The notes under the pieces: generated by a model | Database searches by the model: none | The model's input: only the letters and a program-made list of their open reading frames with translations | Told to the model about the DNA's origin: nothing | Source of the DNA: Naegleria gruberi | Lineage: Eukaryota | Assembly (NCBI GenBank): GCA_000004985.1 | Contig: GG739480.1 | Reading direction: 5' to 3' (one strand) | DNA length: 1,246 nucleotides | Shown: positions 1-1,246 of the stretch, piece by piece | How the letters are laid out: every line of letters starts with the position of its first letter | Numbering within the stretch: the stretch's first letter is position 1 | Translations under genes and position numbers: made by a program

Positions 1-1056
1 ATAATTTTCTTTACATAATAAGTTTAATGCTAAACTAGGATACTTGGCATATGTTTTAAAATTCTTGATTTTCTCTTCAATAGTATCTAACTTATTATAC
101 ATACTACGATTTAAATGCCATAATTTATCTAAAACAAATGATTCACAACAATTAGTTAAATTATCTAATAGAGTATTATTTTCATCAGAAATACCAGCAA
201 CTATTTCAATTGAATTTCCATATCTATTCCATGTTCCTCCAATAATTGCTTGTTTTTGATCTTTAGGTTCAATATTACTTAATTCTACTATTTCAGTCAT
301 TTCATCACAAATATTATTAGGAATACTATTTGGAAAATATGCAGCGTCCATTGATCCATCAGGACGTAACATTATCATATTTGTTTTTCGATTACATTCC
401 TCATGTTCTTCCACATGGTCTCGGTGAATAAACCGAGTACCTCTCCAATTAATACCAATATCTAATTTAATTATTTTTTCAATTCTACAAATTAATTCTT
501 TATCAAATATACTCCTATCTAAATCAATTTCATATAAAAAAAGAGGATCTTTTAATACTTTTAAATCATCATCCACATCCAAATAACAAAAATCATGTTT
601 TTCTATCATTAATAACGGTAGATTAGCATTAATTGTAATATGTAAATCAGTACCATGAACAAAATATTCATTCAAATTACGTCCATTAGCTTGTATTGAT
701 GATGAATTATGTTTGATATGAAGAATCATCCTTTTAAATTCATTAAATACTTTTTTGCTATATGGTTCTTTGCATAGGCAAGCAGGTAAATCTCTACATA
801 AATATTTAATTCTATTAGAGAATTTCATGTAAAGAATAACATTTTCTTGGGCTCCTAATTCTTGTCCTCTAGCTATCCACTTTAAATTTTTGGGAAGAGA
901 CATTATTGAGTTCCAATCAATAAGAAATACAATATTTGGATTAATCTTTCGTAATTCTAAAACATCTTCAGAAATGTAGATGAACAAGTCGGAAGCTAGT
1001 TTCTTTAAAACCAAATCATCATTATTTGGCAAGAATTGTTCTTCATATGTGGCCAT
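1..1056 (-). CDS. Partial CDS: start codon at 1054-1056 (minus strand), 3' end runs off the window at position 1; 352 codons visible. Hypothetical protein; tentatively a GT-A-fold DXD-motif glycosyltransferase-like protein.
   Basis: Translating the minus strand by hand from the ATG at 1054-1056 gives MATYEEQFLPNNDDLVLKKLASDLFIYISEDVLELRKINPNIVFLIDWNSIMSLPKNLKWIARGQELGAQENVILYMKFSNRIKYLCRDLPACLCKEPYSKKVFNEFKRMILHIKHNSSSIQANGRNLNEYFVHGTDLHITINANLPLLMIEKHDFCYLDVDDDLKVLKDPLFLYEIDLDRSIFDKELICRIEKIIKLDIGINWRGTRFIHRDHVEEHEECNRKTNMIMLRPDGSMDAAYFPNSIPNNICDEMTEIVELSNIEPKDQKQAIIGGTWNRYGNSIEIVAGISDENNTLLDNLTNCCESFVLDKLWHLNRSMYNKLDTIEEKIKNFKTYAKYPSLALNLLCKENY..., with no stop in 352 codons. I enumerated every plus-strand tta, cta and tca (reverse complements of TAA, TAG, TGA) in 1-1056 and none starts at a position congruent to 1 mod 3, which is the frame of this ORF. 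At roughly 24% GC about 9% of random codons are stops, so a 352-codon open frame has probability around e^-33 by chance. Two in-frame stops (minus-strand TAA at 1084-1086 and 1090-1092) lie just upstream, and the ATG at 1054-1056 is the first start codon after them. All 5 Trp are TGG, all 6 Gln are CAA, and the frame contains no TGA/TAA/TAG, consistent with the standard code. The composition is rich in N, I, K, L, D and E, as expected for an AT-rich genome. The ORF track omits this ORF, most likely because it has no stop inside the window. Confidence 0.85.
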   Translation of the reverse strand, partial: MATYEEQFLPNNDDLVLKKLASDLFIYISEDVLELRKINPNIVFLIDWNSIMSLPKNLKWIARGQELGAQENVILYMKFSNRIKYLCRDLPACLCKEPYSKKVFNEFKRMILHIKHNSSSIQANGRNLNEYFVHGTDLHITINANLPLLMIEKHDFCYLDVDDDLKVLKDPLFLYEIDLDRSIFDKELICRIEKIIKLDIGINWRGTRFIHRDHVEEHEECNRKTNMIMLRPDGSMDAAYFPNSIPNNICDEMTEIVELSNIEPKDQKQAIIGGTWNRYGNSIEIVAGISDENNTLLDNLTNCCESFVLDKLWHLNRSMYNKLDTIEEKIKNFKTYAKYPSLALNLLCKENY

Positions 1057-1107
1057 TTTTTTAATAAAATTAAATTTGTTTTTTTATTTTTAGATAATAA
1101 TCATCTA
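1057..1107 (-). promoter_or_regulatory. AT-rich 5' leader or putative promoter region directly upstream of the CDS start; contains a 7-bp inverted repeat and no Shine-Dalgarno sequence
   Basis: Minus-strand sense reads ...GATGATTATTATCTAAAAATAAAAAAACAAATTTAATTTTATTAAAAAA-ATG. It is more than 90% A+T, has an A-run immediately 5' of the ATG and A at -3, and lacks any GGAGG-like motif. A -10-like TATTAT sits about 38 nt upstream of the ATG with no convincing -35. The inverted repeat TTTAGAT(aataatc)ATCTAAA at 1089-1109 overlaps the in-frame stops. Function is inferred from position only. Confidence 0.3.
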
Positions 1108-1246
1108 AACATTGCGTGAGAGGCTTTGGTGGGCTTTGGTGGGTGTTATTTGGACTAAATAAGAATGCTGGGTAGGATGGTTTGGATAAAAAAAACCTGT
1201 CAACCAAAAGAGTTTTAGTTTTCCAAATCGTTGCTTAGGTGCGGTA
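1108..1246. other. Compositionally distinct segment of about 41% GC with strong G-over-C skew on the plus strand; identity unknown (regulatory region, repeat-derived sequence, ncRNA, or 3' end of an upstream gene)
   Basis: Hand count gives 56 G+C in 1111-1246 (41%) against 22-25% in sampled coding lines. Within 1111-1180 there are 28 G against 5 C on the plus strand. The segment contains the tandem repeat above and several GG/GGG tracts. No tRNA-like T-loop (GTTCRA) is visible. Confidence 0.5.
1122..1145. repeat. Perfect tandem direct repeat, unit GGCTTTGGTG (10 bp), 2.4 copies; G/T-rich on the plus strand and C/A-rich on the gene-sense strand
   Basis: Read directly from the sequence: 1122-1131 ggctttggtg, 1132-1141 ggctttggtg, 1142-1145 ggtg. 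It lies 66-91 bp upstream of the CDS start codon. Confidence 0.75.

Noticed and set aside
44-259. The track's only ORF: plus strand, 71 aa, TTG start, MAYVLKFLIFSSIVSNLLYILRFKCHNLSKTNDSQQLVKLSNRVLFSSEIPATISIEFPYLFHVPPIIACF
   Set aside because: It lies entirely inside the 352-codon minus-strand CDS and antisense to it. It uses a non-ATG start and has no homology clues. Its length is what an AT-poor codon phase opposite a real gene would produce. It is most likely a shadow ORF, not a gene.
409-444. HEPN-like R-x5-H (RGTRFIH, residues 205-211) and a kinase-like HRD tripeptide
   Set aside because: Rx4-6H is too short to be diagnostic. No all-alpha context is evident. HRD is not followed by the kinase catalytic-loop consensus (LKPxN).
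385-705. ADP-ribosyltransferase-like R / S-S-S / E-x-E arrangement (NSSS at residues 117-120, EHE at residues 217-219)
   Set aside because: The motifs are only three residues long and occur with loose spacing. There is no supporting fold evidence. They occur by chance in N/S/E-rich proteins from AT-rich genomes.
1-1056. Alternative genetic code (TGA=Trp code 4, or TAA/TAG=Gln ciliate code)
   Set aside because: The frame is open under the standard code, Trp is encoded only by TGG (5 of 5) and Gln only by CAA (6 of 6). No in-frame TGA, TAA or TAG needs reassignment.
1122-1150. Yeast Rap1-like or telomeric TG1-3 / C1-3A motif (minus-strand ACACCCACCAAAG)
   Set aside because: It is an imperfect match to the Rap1 consensus (the CA after the NN spacer is missing). 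A 24% GC coding region is far below yeast nuclear genes. The tract is too short to be telomeric.
1198-1203. Perfect sigma70 -35 hexamer TTGACA on the minus strand (plus-strand tgtcaa)
   Set aside because: No -10-like hexamer lies at a 16-19 nt spacing downstream. The hexamer sits about 140 nt upstream of the ATG. An isolated hexamer match is expected by chance.
1111-1246. tRNA or other small structured RNA in the GC-richer patch
   Set aside because: There is no GTTCRA T-loop, no cloverleaf-compatible inverted repeats and no CCA or acceptor-stem pairing. Only weak A/T hairpins are present (ggttt...aaacc at 1180-1198).

Overview
Nearly the whole window is one long minus-strand protein-coding ORF that the supplied ORF track does not list. 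It begins at the ATG whose complement lies at 1054-1056 and is still open at position 1, giving 352 sense codons with no stop, so the 3' end lies beyond the window. The track probably reports only ORFs that close inside the window. In a roughly 24% GC sequence this cannot occur by chance. I checked every plus-strand tta, cta and tca triplet in positions 1-1056 and none falls in this frame. The one ORF the track does list, plus 44..259 (71 aa), lies antisense inside this gene and is most likely a shadow ORF. The product is a hypothetical protein. A YLDVDDD segment and an earlier hydrophobic P-N-I-V-F-L-I-D-W segment loosely resemble the DXD and N-terminal motifs of GT-A nucleotide-sugar glycosyltransferases (GT32, or the catalytic domain of TcdB-like toxins), but this is recall and by-eye matching, not a search. 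The 190 bp upstream of the start codon (1057-1246) has two parts. First comes an extremely AT-rich leader with no Shine-Dalgarno sequence. Then at about 1108 the composition shifts abruptly to about 41% GC with a strong G/T skew, and this segment contains a perfect tandem 10-mer, GGCTTTGGTG x2 plus a partial third copy. All five Trp codons are TGG and no in-frame TGA/TAA/TAG occurs, so the standard code fits. The A-rich start context (AAAAAAATGGC), the lack of an SD and about 3% Cys suggest a eukaryotic or giant-virus origin, or SD-independent initiation such as in Bacteroidetes. The origin stays unresolved. One partial gene gives no multi-gene context, so no novel system can be claimed. The findings below are specific hypotheses that can be tested.
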